The notes below the pieces were generated by a model. That model was not told the origin of the DNA. It made no database searches and saw nothing but the letters and a program-made list of their open reading frames with translations. From Octopus vulgaris (lineage: Eukaryota): DNA of 64,000 nucleotides. Within the stretch, counting starts at the first letter, position 1; every line of letters begins with the position of its first letter. Positions 39,406 through 51,160 of this stretch are shown piece by piece. The stretch covers positions 112,282,001 to 112,346,000 of the forward strand of contig OX597816.1 in the NCBI GenBank assembly GCA_951406725.2. Reading direction: 5' to 3'. The position numbers were made by a program, and so were the translations under genes.

Positions 39406-40254
39406 TGTGGACGTTTAGAATTGTTTTTGTTTTTTTAGCAGATGGTTTCAAATTTGAAGGTGAGTAAAATTTTACCTGTGAACAAGGGGATTCTATTCCT
39501 GATACAAAGACTCCATCATTTGTTCAAGACTTTTAAAAGTAATACTGTATTATTTGAACCTAAGGCAGCAAAATCTACCATAGTAGTTTTGAAATGAAAT
39601 GTGTTTGTAAGGAAGTTAGTGTGAATATATATATGTGATATAGATTTTAGATGAAAAAAAAATCATTAGACTTTTAACAAGATTCAAGTACTTATAGCTA
39701 AAACAGATGCTTTGTGATATGGAAAGGGTGAGAGAATAGACAATGAATGAGAAGAGAATAGAAGACAAGAGTTGTTAAAAATGTAGATAATATTTGAACC
39801 AGAGAAAAATTATTGAACAATTCTGAATGAGACAACCTAGTTAAATCTAAGAGACTATGACGTTCGTCCATGAAAATATTTAAGGACATAACAATTTTAA
39901 GAAAGGGAATTGTAAAATTCTATTCATTTCCTACCAACATTAAACAATGGCAATAAAATTGTTAGTGGTGTGATTGTAGAGGAGGTGGTTGTGGTGGGTG
40001 ATGGTGGTGGTAGTGGTGGTGATGGTGGGGGTACTGTGAAGATGCAAGTGTAAAAGAATGGTCGGATAGATGGTTATCGTGGTGGTGGTGGTGGTGGTGA
40101 TTGTAGTGGTGGTGGTGGTGGATGTGGTATGGCGGTGATGGTGGTGGTGGTGTTGGCAGCAATGGCAGCAGTGATAGCAGTGGCAGCAGTAGTGTGTATT
40201 TTCTGTGCTTGAGGTAGGCAACAATAACTAGTAAAATTACAAGAAGGAACAGAT

Positions 40255-40298
<44 letters not shown>

Positions 40299-41216
40299 GA
40301 AACAAAAGAGGAGAGAAGAACAATAATCACATTAACAAAAATATCAACATTGTCAAAACTATTATGACAGTTGTGTTAACAGTCTTATGTGATAAATTAC
40401 CAATGTATGACAAGGGGGAAACATTTATGACAGAACCTAATCTTATACTCTTAGCTCCTCTCCTATGTTCTCATCATTACCAACAAGCTGGGGAAGCAAC
40501 AAGAAAGCATCACCTTTAAAAACAACTAATTTATCTCTTCCTATAGAACCATTGAAAAATAAAATAGATATGACAGGAGGAAGAAGCATTTAATGAATAT
40601 TAACAATTGATAGCCTTGCTATAGCTGGTAAGGAATAATAATTTCAATAGAAATTGTATATAGCCAGATAAATTCTGGCCAAGGAAACACACTTCGTCTC
40701 CAGTAGAGATTCTTAAGTAATGACCTACAGAGCTAAACAGTTAAAAACAAGATTCCAGCTGAACTTAGCATCATTTGTTCTTTCATCTTGTTTCAATTAG
40801 TTAAAAACTCTAAATTCTGAAAGTATCAAAGTACCATAATGTGACATTTGATAACACACACACATGTATGTATGCATATGTATACATATGTATATATATA
40901 TATATATATATATACATACACACATGCACACATGTATATATGTGTGTGTGTCTCTCTCTCTATATATATATAAGCATAAATATATATATATATATATGTA
41001 TATATGAATAAAAAATGGAGTTAACGCTGCCCTGGTAACTATTTATTTATTTATTTTTCCGTGTTAAATGTTAACAAGGTAAAAATACACTCATCTACTT
41101 ATATATATATATATATATATATAAGTATAAATATATATATATATATATATATATAAATATCATCATCATCATCATCATCATCACACACACAACTAACATG
41201 GTCAGCAACAGTGGCA

Positions 41217-41425
41217 GCCGTTCAAGAATTTGGACATGGAGATCTCCATTTCCAACAACTTCGAGGGCCACCTCCCAGTGGTGTCGGGCGTCAACAAAGA
41301 GCCCTTGACTACAACAAGATAACCAAAGTTTTTTTTTGTTTTTTCCAAGGTCTGGGGTCTCCCGCCCCTAAGCCCTAGACCATCACCTAATCACCCTAAC
41401 CAGTCTTGCTGCTTAACAACAACAA

Positions 41426-41428
<3 letters not shown>
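41217..41428 (+). mobile_element. Short (AAC)n-tailed retroposon, copy 2
   Basis: GCCGTTCAAGAATTTGG...GTCTTGCTGCTT(AAC)4. Confidence 0.88.
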
Positions 41429-41463
<35 letters not shown>

Positions 41464-42852
41464 CAAGCGCAATAGCAATAACAACAACTACCACAATGGC
41501 AACATCATGGACAAACACACATACACAGAGGAATACAATGACTTTACCCCTTTTTTTCTTGAGTCTTAGGACAGCAGCAATACAATGGGGTGAGAGGTAG
41601 GCACTGTGAAGAAGGACACACTACTACTAAAAACTGAGACATACACACAAACATACACATACACAAACAAGGATATAAACACATTTGCACATAACGATAC
41701 ACATCTAAGAAGAACAGAATGGAGTAAGTGGAGCAAGAACACACAGGGAAATGAAAAGTGTCACTGAAAAGGTCACAGATGTGTGATGAAAGATTTCCGG
41801 ACAATAGCGAGGTGTTAGAATAATAAAATAACAGTAATAAATGAGTGAAGAAAAAAATATAGTGTGTGTGTTTATTTGGCAAAAAAAAAATAATAAATAG
41901 TAATAATAAATAAAATGACCATCCCAAAATACAACAAACATACATATATATATATATATAGATATAAAATATATATATACATAGAAACATATGTATATCT
42001 TATTCTTTTAGAGGTTACACTTATGGGACTGCAGCCATGCAGGGACATGGCCTTGAAAGGTTTTGTTTATCATATCAGTCCCAATACTTATTTTTAAGGT
42101 ACTTATCTTATTGATCTCTTTTTTCTCAAACTATGTAAAAGAACATAGACATAAGCACAAACATTCGCACACATGCACACACACACATCATTTTCATTAT
42201 CATTATTATCATCCCTTAACATATTTGATGCCTGTTTTTCTATGCTGGCTTGGATTGGATGGTTTCACTGGATCTGGTGGGCCACAGTGTTGCATCATGC
42301 TCCATGTCAGCTTTGGAATGGTTTCTACTGCTGAGTGCTGTTCCAAACACCAACTAATTTACTGTGTGGGCTGGGTACTTTTTTTTCATCCCAATGGCAT
42401 TAGTCCAGGTAACTTGCAAGGGAAGAAGAAACAAGAAACAGGGGAAAAGAGGGAGGAGGGAAAAGCCATTTTGACTAAGTGGGGTAAGCATTTAGGAGAA
42501 TGTCGCATGCTTCCAAAAAAGAACTTTCACATTCTCTCAAAGTTTTTTTCTTAAAAGGGTAGAGAAATTCAAAGGATTGCTTTGGTCCAATGATAGAACA
42601 TCTGTCATATCTACAGGAGATGTGGGTTCAAGGATAGCCCTTAACTTTTTCTATCCAAAAGGGATCTTAGCCCAATATTTACATGCTATTATTTATGACT
42701 TTATGTGGTGGTGAGTTTTCTGAATTGTTAGCATATGTTGGACAAAATGATTAGTAGTATTTTGTTCATCTTTATGTTCTGTGTTCAAATTCCATCAAGA
42801 TCGACTTCGCTTTCATCCTTTCAGGGGCAATGAAATAAGTACCAGTAAAGTA

Positions 42853-42975
42853 CTGCTGCTGCTGCTGCTGCTCTTGTTGTTGTTGTTAAGCAGCAAGACT
42901 GGTTAGGGTGATTGAATCTTGTTAAAAGTCTAATGATTTTTTTTTCATCTAAAATCTATATCACATATATATATT
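42853..42975 (-). other. Two-segment inverted templated insertion inside a family-B SINE
   Basis: 42853-42913 is the reverse complement of 41389-41449; 42912-42975 is the reverse complement of 39624-39687. Confidence 0.88.
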
Positions 42976-43102
42976 GTGCTTGATGTTATTGACTTGGTCC
43001 TTGCCCCAAAGTTTCAGGCCTTGTGCCTTTACTAGGCAGGATTATCTATAGCTTTGTACGTGCTTTGAGATACACAGTTTCAAAAAGGAACTATATATAT
43101 AT

Positions 43103-43496
43103 ATTCTTTTACTTGTTTCAGTCATTTGACTGCGGCCATGCTGGAGCACCGCCTTTAGTCGAGCAAATCGACCCCGGGACTTATTCTTTGTAAGCCCAGT
43201 ACTTATTCTATCGGTGTCTTTGGCCGAACCGCTAAGTGACGGGGACGTAAACACAGCAGCATCGGTTGTCAAGCAATGCTAGGGAGACAAACACAGACAC
43301 ACAAACACATACACACACACATATATATATACATATATACGACAGGCTTCTTTCAGTTTCCGTCTACCAAATCCACTCACAAGGCATTGGTCGGCCCGGA
43401 GCTATAGCAGAAGACACTTGCCCAAGATGCCACGCAGTGGGACTGAACCCGGAACCATGTGGTTGGTTAGCAAGCTACTTACTACACAGCCACTCC
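43103..43496 (-). mobile_element. SINE family A, young full-length copy
   Basis: CpG-rich and collinear with the other family-A copies. Confidence 0.92.
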
Positions 43497-43740
43497 ATAT
43501 ATATATATATATGAATAAATAAATGGAGTTAACGCGTTAACTCCATTTATTTATTTATTCATATATTATTCAAAATATTCCACGTAAACACGAAGTTTCT
43601 ACCTTTATAAACAAGGTGTTACAACATCTTTACTTGTGAGATTTTTGCTACCCTGGTAACTATTTATTTATTTTTTCCGTGTTAATTGTTAATAAGGTAA
43701 AAATACACTCATCTATTTATATATATATATATATATATAT

Positions 43741-44346
43741 CATCATCATCATCATCATCGTTTAACGTCCGCTTTCCATGCTAGCATGGGTTGGACGGTT
43801 CAACTGGGGTCTGGGTAGCCCAAAGACTGCACCAGGCCAGTCAGATCTGGCAGTGTTTCTACAGCTCGATGCCCTTCCTAACGCCAACCACTCCGAGATT
43901 GTAGTGGGTGATTTTATGTGCCACCGACACAGGTGCCAGACGAGGCTGGCGAACGGCCACGCTCGGATGGTGTTTTTTATGTGACACCGACACAAGTGCC
44001 AGACGAGGCTGGCGAACGGCCACGATCGGATGGTGTTTGTTACGTGCCCACAGCATGGAGGCCAGTTGATGCGGTACTGGCTACGGCCACGTTCGGATGG
44101 TTTTCTTACGTGCCACCGGCACTGGTACCACAAAGATACAAATTCCATTGATGTTCATCTATTTTGATTTGGTTTGATTTGATTTGATTTTCACTTGCCT
44201 CAACAGGTCTTCACAAGTGTCACAAGAAGGAAGGTATGCACAGGTGGACTGACTACGTCCCAGGTAGGGGCCACGGGTTATGGCCTCACTAGTCTTGCTG
44301 GGTCTTCTCACGCACAGCATACTTCCATAGGTCTCGGTCTCTAATC

Positions 44347-44347
<1 letters not shown>
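43741..44347 (-). mobile_element. RTE LINE 3' end (last ORF2 codons, 3'UTR, tail)
   Basis: RDRDLWKYAVREKTQQD* at ~44290-44343, 3'UTR repeats, (CAT)n. Confidence 0.85.
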
Positions 44348-44404
<57 letters not shown>

Positions 44405-44405
<1 letters not shown>

Positions 44406-44773
44406 CATCATCATCATCATCATCGTTTAACGTCCGCTTTCCATGCTAGCATGGGTTGGACGGTTCAACTGGGGGTCTGGGGAGCCCGAAGGCTGCACCA
44501 GGCCAGTCAGATCTGGCAGTGTTTCTACAGCTGGATGCCCTTCCTAACGCCAACCACTCCGAGAGTGTAGTGGGTGATTTTATGTGCCACCGACACAGGT
44601 GCCAGACGAGGTTGGCGAACGGCCACGATCGGATGGTGTTTGTTACATGCCCACAGCACGGAGGCCAGTCGATGCGGTACTGGCTACGGCCACGTTCGGA
44701 TGGTTTTCTTACGTGCCACCGGCACTGGTACCACAAAGATACAAATTCCATTGATGTTCATCTATTTTGATTT
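44405..44773 (-). mobile_element. Second, near-identical RTE 3'UTR copy
   Basis: Matches 43741-44171 apart from one missing ~61-bp internal unit. Confidence 0.85.
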
Positions 44774-45420
44774 GAAGCCTGTCATATAGCTGTGTGTGTG
44801 TATGTATGTATATATATATAGAAGCCTGTCACATAGGTGTGTGTGTGTATTACGCACACACACTCACACTCACACACACATACATATGACAGACTTCTGT
44901 ATATTTTCCCTGTGCCAAATTTATTCTATATTTCACAAAATATTGGTCAGCCTAAGCTTCTAATGGAAGACACTTGGCCAAGGTTCCGCAGAATGAGATC
45001 GTGTGTGCACGCGCACGTGTGTATGCATGCATGCATGTGTGCATGTGTGTGTGGGTGGGTGCATGTGAATACATAGTATTCAAAGATTGTGGCAGTGCTG
45101 TCACATTTATTTGAACCCTTTCTCACATTATTTCATCCCTACTTCTCTGAAGTCACTGCTTCTACTGCTACCATTGTTATTATTGTTATTTAATTCCAAG
45201 TGAGGTTTAACTATGCTCATCTCCACATTTTTATCAAGATTGTAAAATGTAATTTTAAGGAGATTTTGGCTGTTATTTATAAAAGATCAATCAAAAATTT
45301 TGAAGCTACTTTAATAGCTTATTGTCATCAATAATAGTGGTGGCATAAGTGGTGGTGGTGGTGGTGGTGGTGGTAGTGGTGGCAGTGGTGTTGGTGGCAG
45401 TGCTTGTGGTGCTGCTGCTG

Positions 45421-45625
45421 TTGTTGTTGTTGTTAAGCAACAAGACGGGTAAGGGTGATTAGATGATGGTCTAGGGCTTAGGGGCAAGAAATCCCAGACC
45501 TTGGAAAAAACAAAAAACTTTGGTTGTCTTGTAGTCGAGGGCTCTTCGTTGATGCCCGACACCACTGGGAGGTGGCCTCAAAGTCACTGGAAATGGAAAT
45601 CTCCAGGTTCAAATTTTTGAACGGC
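45421..45625 (-). mobile_element. Short (AAC)n-tailed retroposon, copy 3
   Basis: (TTG)n AAGCAACAAGAC...TTTTTGAACGGC; possible TSD GTGGTGCTGCTG in low-complexity flanks. Confidence 0.88.
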
Positions 45626-46533
45626 TGGTGGTGCTGCTGGTGATAGTGGTAGTGGTGGTAGTGCTAGTGGTGCTGGTAGTGGTGGCTTTTGTTTTATTAC
45701 AGTTTAATGAGAGAATCTTTACCCATCAGTTTTACATGCCATCTAAGAGGTTGACCTTAACATGGTAGATATCCAAACAATATAGAGCAATGCTTCTCAA
45801 AGGGATGGTACCAGTCACTAGGGGTAAAGGAAAAATTTTATATTGGGTACAAGAGACAAACAAAACAGTAGGAGGTAAAGTAAGCACCTGTACATTTCTT
45901 TTGATTATGGAAAGTGGCACCAGATCAATGTACAAAACGTTGCCAAGTTTTCAATCTTTTGAGAAAATATTTCATACAGAGAGTTTTTTTGTTCGTAACA
46001 ACGCCAACAAAAGTCAACTTTTCATTGTTTAGGTTTACACCTGAAACAATACATACTACATACCATTACTTTTGTTGTTCTTCTTGTTCATGTTGCCACT
46101 GACAAGATTTCTACATGGTGTTGTTGAAATGTCTATGTTTACTTGTAGTCCATGTTTATTACTATAAATAAAGTATTCTGCATAGTTTTTGATTTCAGAG
46201 TGTGAAAAGTATTATTTGGTACATCTTCAAATGGTTTGGTTTTGAATATTTACACGTTTTTCTTTTCTTTTCTTTCTTTTCTTTCTTCCCCTCCCGATTG
46301 CTGATGTGAAAGAACAAATAAAATTTTTTGTCCAGAAATAAAACACAAACTGTATTTCATTTTTTGTCAGTTTCTGCAGTGAGAGACTCCAGCTTGTGGT
46401 AAATTATCTGTATATGAGTATTTGCAGTAAAAACTTTATTTCATGTAGTAAAATCCTTCACTTAGGAGAGCAACTTGAAGAAACATTTCTACTTTGTCAA
46501 GAGTGGTTAATAATAATAATAATAATAATGATG

Positions 46534-46637
<104 letters not shown>

Positions 46638-46640
46638 AAT

Positions 46641-46942
46641 GACATGAATGTTGTGTGTAAAGAGGTTGAAAAAATCACCAAGTGGAAATGGCAACTGTAT
46701 GGAATGTGAGAGGGTAGTTAAAAGTGATGCCAGTGTTGATCGAAATGTTGTGGCTCAATCCCATTGGAACTTCAAGACTTCGTAAGGCAACTAGAAATCC
46801 CATGCAAAATTGATGTCTTGCAAAAAGCAGCCTTATTGAGCACAGTGACGATATTAATTAAAGTATTATCTGTCTGAGGTCGTTGTGACTAGACAGATGA
46901 CTAAAGACTCCAGTGCATTTTTACCTACACTGTGTTATGAAG

Positions 46943-46944
<2 letters not shown>
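46641..46944 (+). mobile_element. Old R4/Dong-type 3' terminal fragment within (TAA)n
   Basis: KEVEKITK... and VLQKAALLSTVTILIKVLSV* parallel the C-terminus of the 19677 element; (TAA)n on both sides. Confidence 0.65.
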
Positions 46945-46992
<48 letters not shown>

Positions 46993-47435
46993 GGAGTGGT
47001 TCGTGTTAGGAAGGACATCCAGCTGTAGTAACTCTGCCAGATCAGACTGGAGTCTGGTGCAGCCATCTGGTTCACCAGACCTCAGTCAAATCGTCCAACC
47101 CATGCTACATGGAAAGCGGGTGTTAAACAATGATGATGATGATGATGATGATGAATAATGGTTTCAAATTTTTCCATACGGGCAGCAATTTTGGAGGATG
47201 GCGAGGAGGAGATAAGTCAATTTCATCAACTCCAGTGTTTCACAGGTACTTAATTCATTGGCCTCGAAATGACGAAAGGCAAAGTCAGCCTTAATGGAAT
47301 TTGAACTCAGAACGTAGTGACAGGCAAAATACTGCAAAGCATTCCATCCAGGATGCTAAAGATTCTGCTAAGCTTGCAGTCTTAATAAAATTGATAATAA
47401 TGATGATAATAATAATAATAATAATAACAACAACA

Positions 47436-48605
47436 ACAACAACTGGCCTAGACACCTACTTGAAAACTCAGATGACTGGATGTTAAAACTTGTCTCAAAG
47501 TGTGAAAACAAGAAAGCTTCATACTCAGTAATAAAACAGGTAAAGAAATATCTAAGTGAATTCCAAATACAACAAAATTTCAGAATTAGATGTACTAGAA
47601 ACAAGCACAGATAAAGTTAAGCATATGAAAACCTGTGCTAAAACTGCTGCCTTAGCTATTCTTACTGCTCAATGGCAAGAAAAACCTCTCAATGGCAAAT
47701 ACCCAAAGAGAGCTAATAGTGCCGATGTTGACAAAGCACTTTCCCATCAATGGATTAAAATCAGAAACAGAAGGGTTTATCATAGCCCAAGATCAATGCC
47801 TACCTACAAGGAACTACTAAGCCAACATATAGAAGAATGGCAATAGCCCAACATATAATATGTGTAAACAAAATGAAACCATTGATTATGTTGTCTCCAT
47901 GTGCAGTCTTCTTGCACCTACAGAGTATCTCAACAGGCATAATAGAGCAGCACAATATATTCACTGGGTAATTTGCAAAAACTTGGACCTGCCCCATGAT
48001 AAAAACTGGTGGGAACACAAACCACCTCCAGTGCTTGAAAATGATCACATTTCAATCCTTTGGAACTTCACCATTCAAACTGACAGAAAGATAGATGCAA
48101 ATAGATCAAACATTATATTGAAAGACTTCAAACAAAAATCATGCCTCCTCATTGATATGACTGTCCCAATTGACATAAATGTATCTGTCAAGACCTACCA
48201 AAAACTGAGCAAGTATAAAGATCTTGAAATAGAAATTGACAAAATGTGGAACCTCAAGGCTAAAACAATACCTGTTGTCATAGGTGCCCTAGGAATGATA
48301 GCAAAAGAGGCTGATTCCTATCTAGCTCAGATACCAGGAAACCCCAAAATGATAGAAATTCAAAAGATAGTGTTCATGGGAACTGCCCATATCCTATATA
48401 AAATACTGTCTATGTAATATCAAATTTTAAAACAAACACATAATTTTCTTGTTTTCTTTAACATTCTCTAGAACAATATTATGTGCAAAACTAAATATAT
48501 GACACCCTAGGCATAACACCAACATGAACTTCTAACTTGTTGTCTCTTGGGTTCTCTGGGTGAGACTTGGAGTCAACTTGTACAAATACAAAGCAAAAGT
48601 CAAAC
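47436..48605 (+). mobile_element. 5'-truncated R4/Dong-clade LINE, second subfamily, frameshifted
   Basis: WQEKPLNGKY, ETIDYVVSMC, RHN, ILWNFTIQTDRKIDANRSNI..LIDMTVP, KYKDLEIEI..MW; flanked by (TAA)n. Confidence 0.92.
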
Positions 48606-48691
<86 letters not shown>

Positions 48692-49952
48692 GATGATGAT
48701 GATGATGATGATGATGAGGTTGATGATGATGATGATAATGATAGTTGTTTCATATTTTAGCACAAGGCCAATTATACTGAGGGGACGCAGGTTAGTTGAT
48801 ACCATTGACCATAATACTTGATTGGGACTTTATTTTACCAACCTCAAAGCCATAAAAGATGAAGTTGACTTCAGTAGGACTTGAACTCAGAATATAAAAA
48901 CACCAAAAGAAATCGAGTAAGGTATTTTTTTCAGACCTCTAATGGTTCTGCCAAAACATTACCCTTAATAAATCCATGTTTAGGCACAATTTTGCAGAGA
49001 GTGAGTTAGTCAATTACATTAAGGCCAACATTTGACAGGGATTCTATTTTACTGACCCTGAAAGTATGAAAGGCAAATTGATTTTAGTGAGATTTGAACT
49101 CAGAATATAAGCCACTGGAAGAAATACTATAAGACATTTTATTTGATGCTCTAATGATTTTGCCAAGCCACCATCCTGGATACAAATAACAAAAATAATA
49201 AGAATTTCGCATTATTTTCAATCAGTTGGAGGTTTAAAATCAAAACAAACAAGCTCTTAAGGGTTAAGCTTCAGTGAGAAACTACTGACAATTTAAAATA
49301 ACTCACCCTCTATTTGTTGCTTCAAAATGAGATTTAAGATTAAATTTTTGCAGGATTTTTATCTATTTTTACAATTACTGAAGAGTAATCATTAACTTAC
49401 AAACTCTGACACATCGCACAGCGAGAGATTATTGTAACACTACATCTTATTAAAGAATTAAATTACTGGCAATACACGCTTCATAGATTATCGTGTGAAG
49501 AAGAAGAAGAAGAAGAAGAAGAAGAAGAGATGCATTTCCTTTAAAAAAAAAAAGGAAACAAAAAAGGAAGGAGATGAGATCTCATTGAAATTGACAAGAC
49601 CATCACATTTTAAAGCAGAATTAAGATTTCTTATGAAATGTTACATTCCCATATTCCTAAACTGACATGTGATTCTAAAGTGTCTGTTGTGTATTAGTTT
49701 CTGGACCAATGCAGTCAAATATATAACGAAATCAAACCATAGTTGTTTCTCTTCCAATTACTTTGGTTAAGAAACTTTATTTGTTATTTGAATGAACATT
49801 TCTTTCTCTCTGTTTCTGTATTTGTAACCTCAATGTATTGTATATTATTTGATTTGAACAGCTCTCTTGTTAACTCCACATCGTCACCAGTGAACACGAA
49901 AAAATATAAATAATTGTAATTATTTCGCACGCAATAACAACTCATATATATA

Positions 49953-50303
49953 TCATCATAATCATATTTTAACGTCCGTTTTCCATGCTAGCATGGGTTG
50001 GACGATTTGACTGAGGACTGGCAAACCAGATGGCTGCACCAGGCTCCAATCTTGATCTGGCAGAGCTTCTACAGCTGGATGCCCTTCCTAACACCAACCA
50101 CTCCGAGAGTGTAGTGGGTGCTTTTATATGCCACCGGCATGAGGGCCAGTCAGATGGTACTGGCAACGGCCATGTTCAAATGGTGTTTTTTACGTGCCAC
50201 TTGCACAGGAGCCAGTTAGCTGCTCTGGCAACAATCACGCTCAGATGGTGCTCTTAGCACTCCACTAGCATGGATGCCAGTCATCAAATTTGATTTGATT
50301 TCA
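49953..50303 (-). mobile_element. RTE 3'UTR fragment
   Basis: TTAACGTCCGTTTTCCATGCTAGCATGGGTTGGACG and internal repeats. Further decayed copies at ~6135-6420, 16110-16250, 42200-42400, 46990-47155, 51660-51890 and 54970-55190. Confidence 0.8.
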
Positions 50304-51155
50304 CGTATTTCATGAGGTACGTTTAACGTTCCTGAATCCCTCAGTCTTTTTCAGAAACATGTCTTAACTGCAACCCCAATCATCAGGACTCGTCATAACT
50401 TTTTATAATTCTATAACTATTTCAATATTTTTATATTTTATCAGTTACAAATGTAACTAACATTTTTTCACTGAGCCTTGCAGCGTTAAGTTGAACTTAG
50501 CTCAAATTATGACCATGTTATACAATGGTAGATTGAACATACATATTTTTTACAATATTTTTACGACATTTGTTTTATGATATTTTTTAATGTTATTTTT
50601 TACGTTATTATTACACTATAACTTTTACTTTGTAAATTAAGGTTCCTATATTTTATCATTTTTTAATTTTTTCTCCGTAGATTTTGTTATATATCTTTTT
50701 ATACTTTTTGCATTTTGTTATTCATTCGTATTTGTTTACGTCCACTTTTATCTATAGTTTTTATTCGAATATATATTTTCTTGTGACTGTTTATTTTATC
50801 ATCATTGTATTATTTATTCTTTTCATTATTATATTATAATTTTCTTCATTCCAACATGTTATTAATTCATATGTATGTTTATAGGCATAAATCACGTTTT
50901 ATTTTAGTTTTGTAAATTTTTTATTTTTAATTAATTAAATTATGGCTTGCACGGCAAGGTTCAGCAAATTTATTTGCACACCTGCATATTTGTTTGTTAG
51001 TTACATTCGTAACTGATAAAACATAAAAATATAGGAATAGTTATAGAATTATAAAAAGTTATGAAGAGTCCTGATGATTGGGGTTGCAGTTAAGACATGT
51101 TTCTGAAAAAGACTGATGCTCTCGGGAACGTTAAATGCACCTCATGAAACATGTG
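50302..51155. mobile_element. Inverted pair of Penelope-type terminal repeats around an AT-rich spacer
   Basis: 50302-50462 is the reverse complement of 50995-51155 (weaker match extends to 50490/50946); each arm carries CTGATGA...GAAA. Confidence 0.7.
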
Positions 51156-51160
51156 TAGAA
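51068..51160 (+). ncRNA. Type I hammerhead-ribozyme-like motif (probably degenerate)
   Basis: CUGAUGA 51071-51077, long stem II (UGGGGUUGCAGUUAA / UUAAAUGCACCUCA), GAAAC 51146-51150, palindromic ACAUGU, GUA 51155-51157; stem I is only 2 bp. Confidence 0.5.

Noticed and set aside
45888-46040. 153-nt minus-strand AG..GT-bounded exon candidate
   Set aside because: Stops in all three frames; a non-coding exon cannot be supported without RNA data.
49378-49410. CTGAAGA-GTAA...TTAC-AAAC hammerhead-like motif (also CTGATGA at ~17597)
   Set aside because: GAAA is missing or misplaced and no stem I/III is evident.
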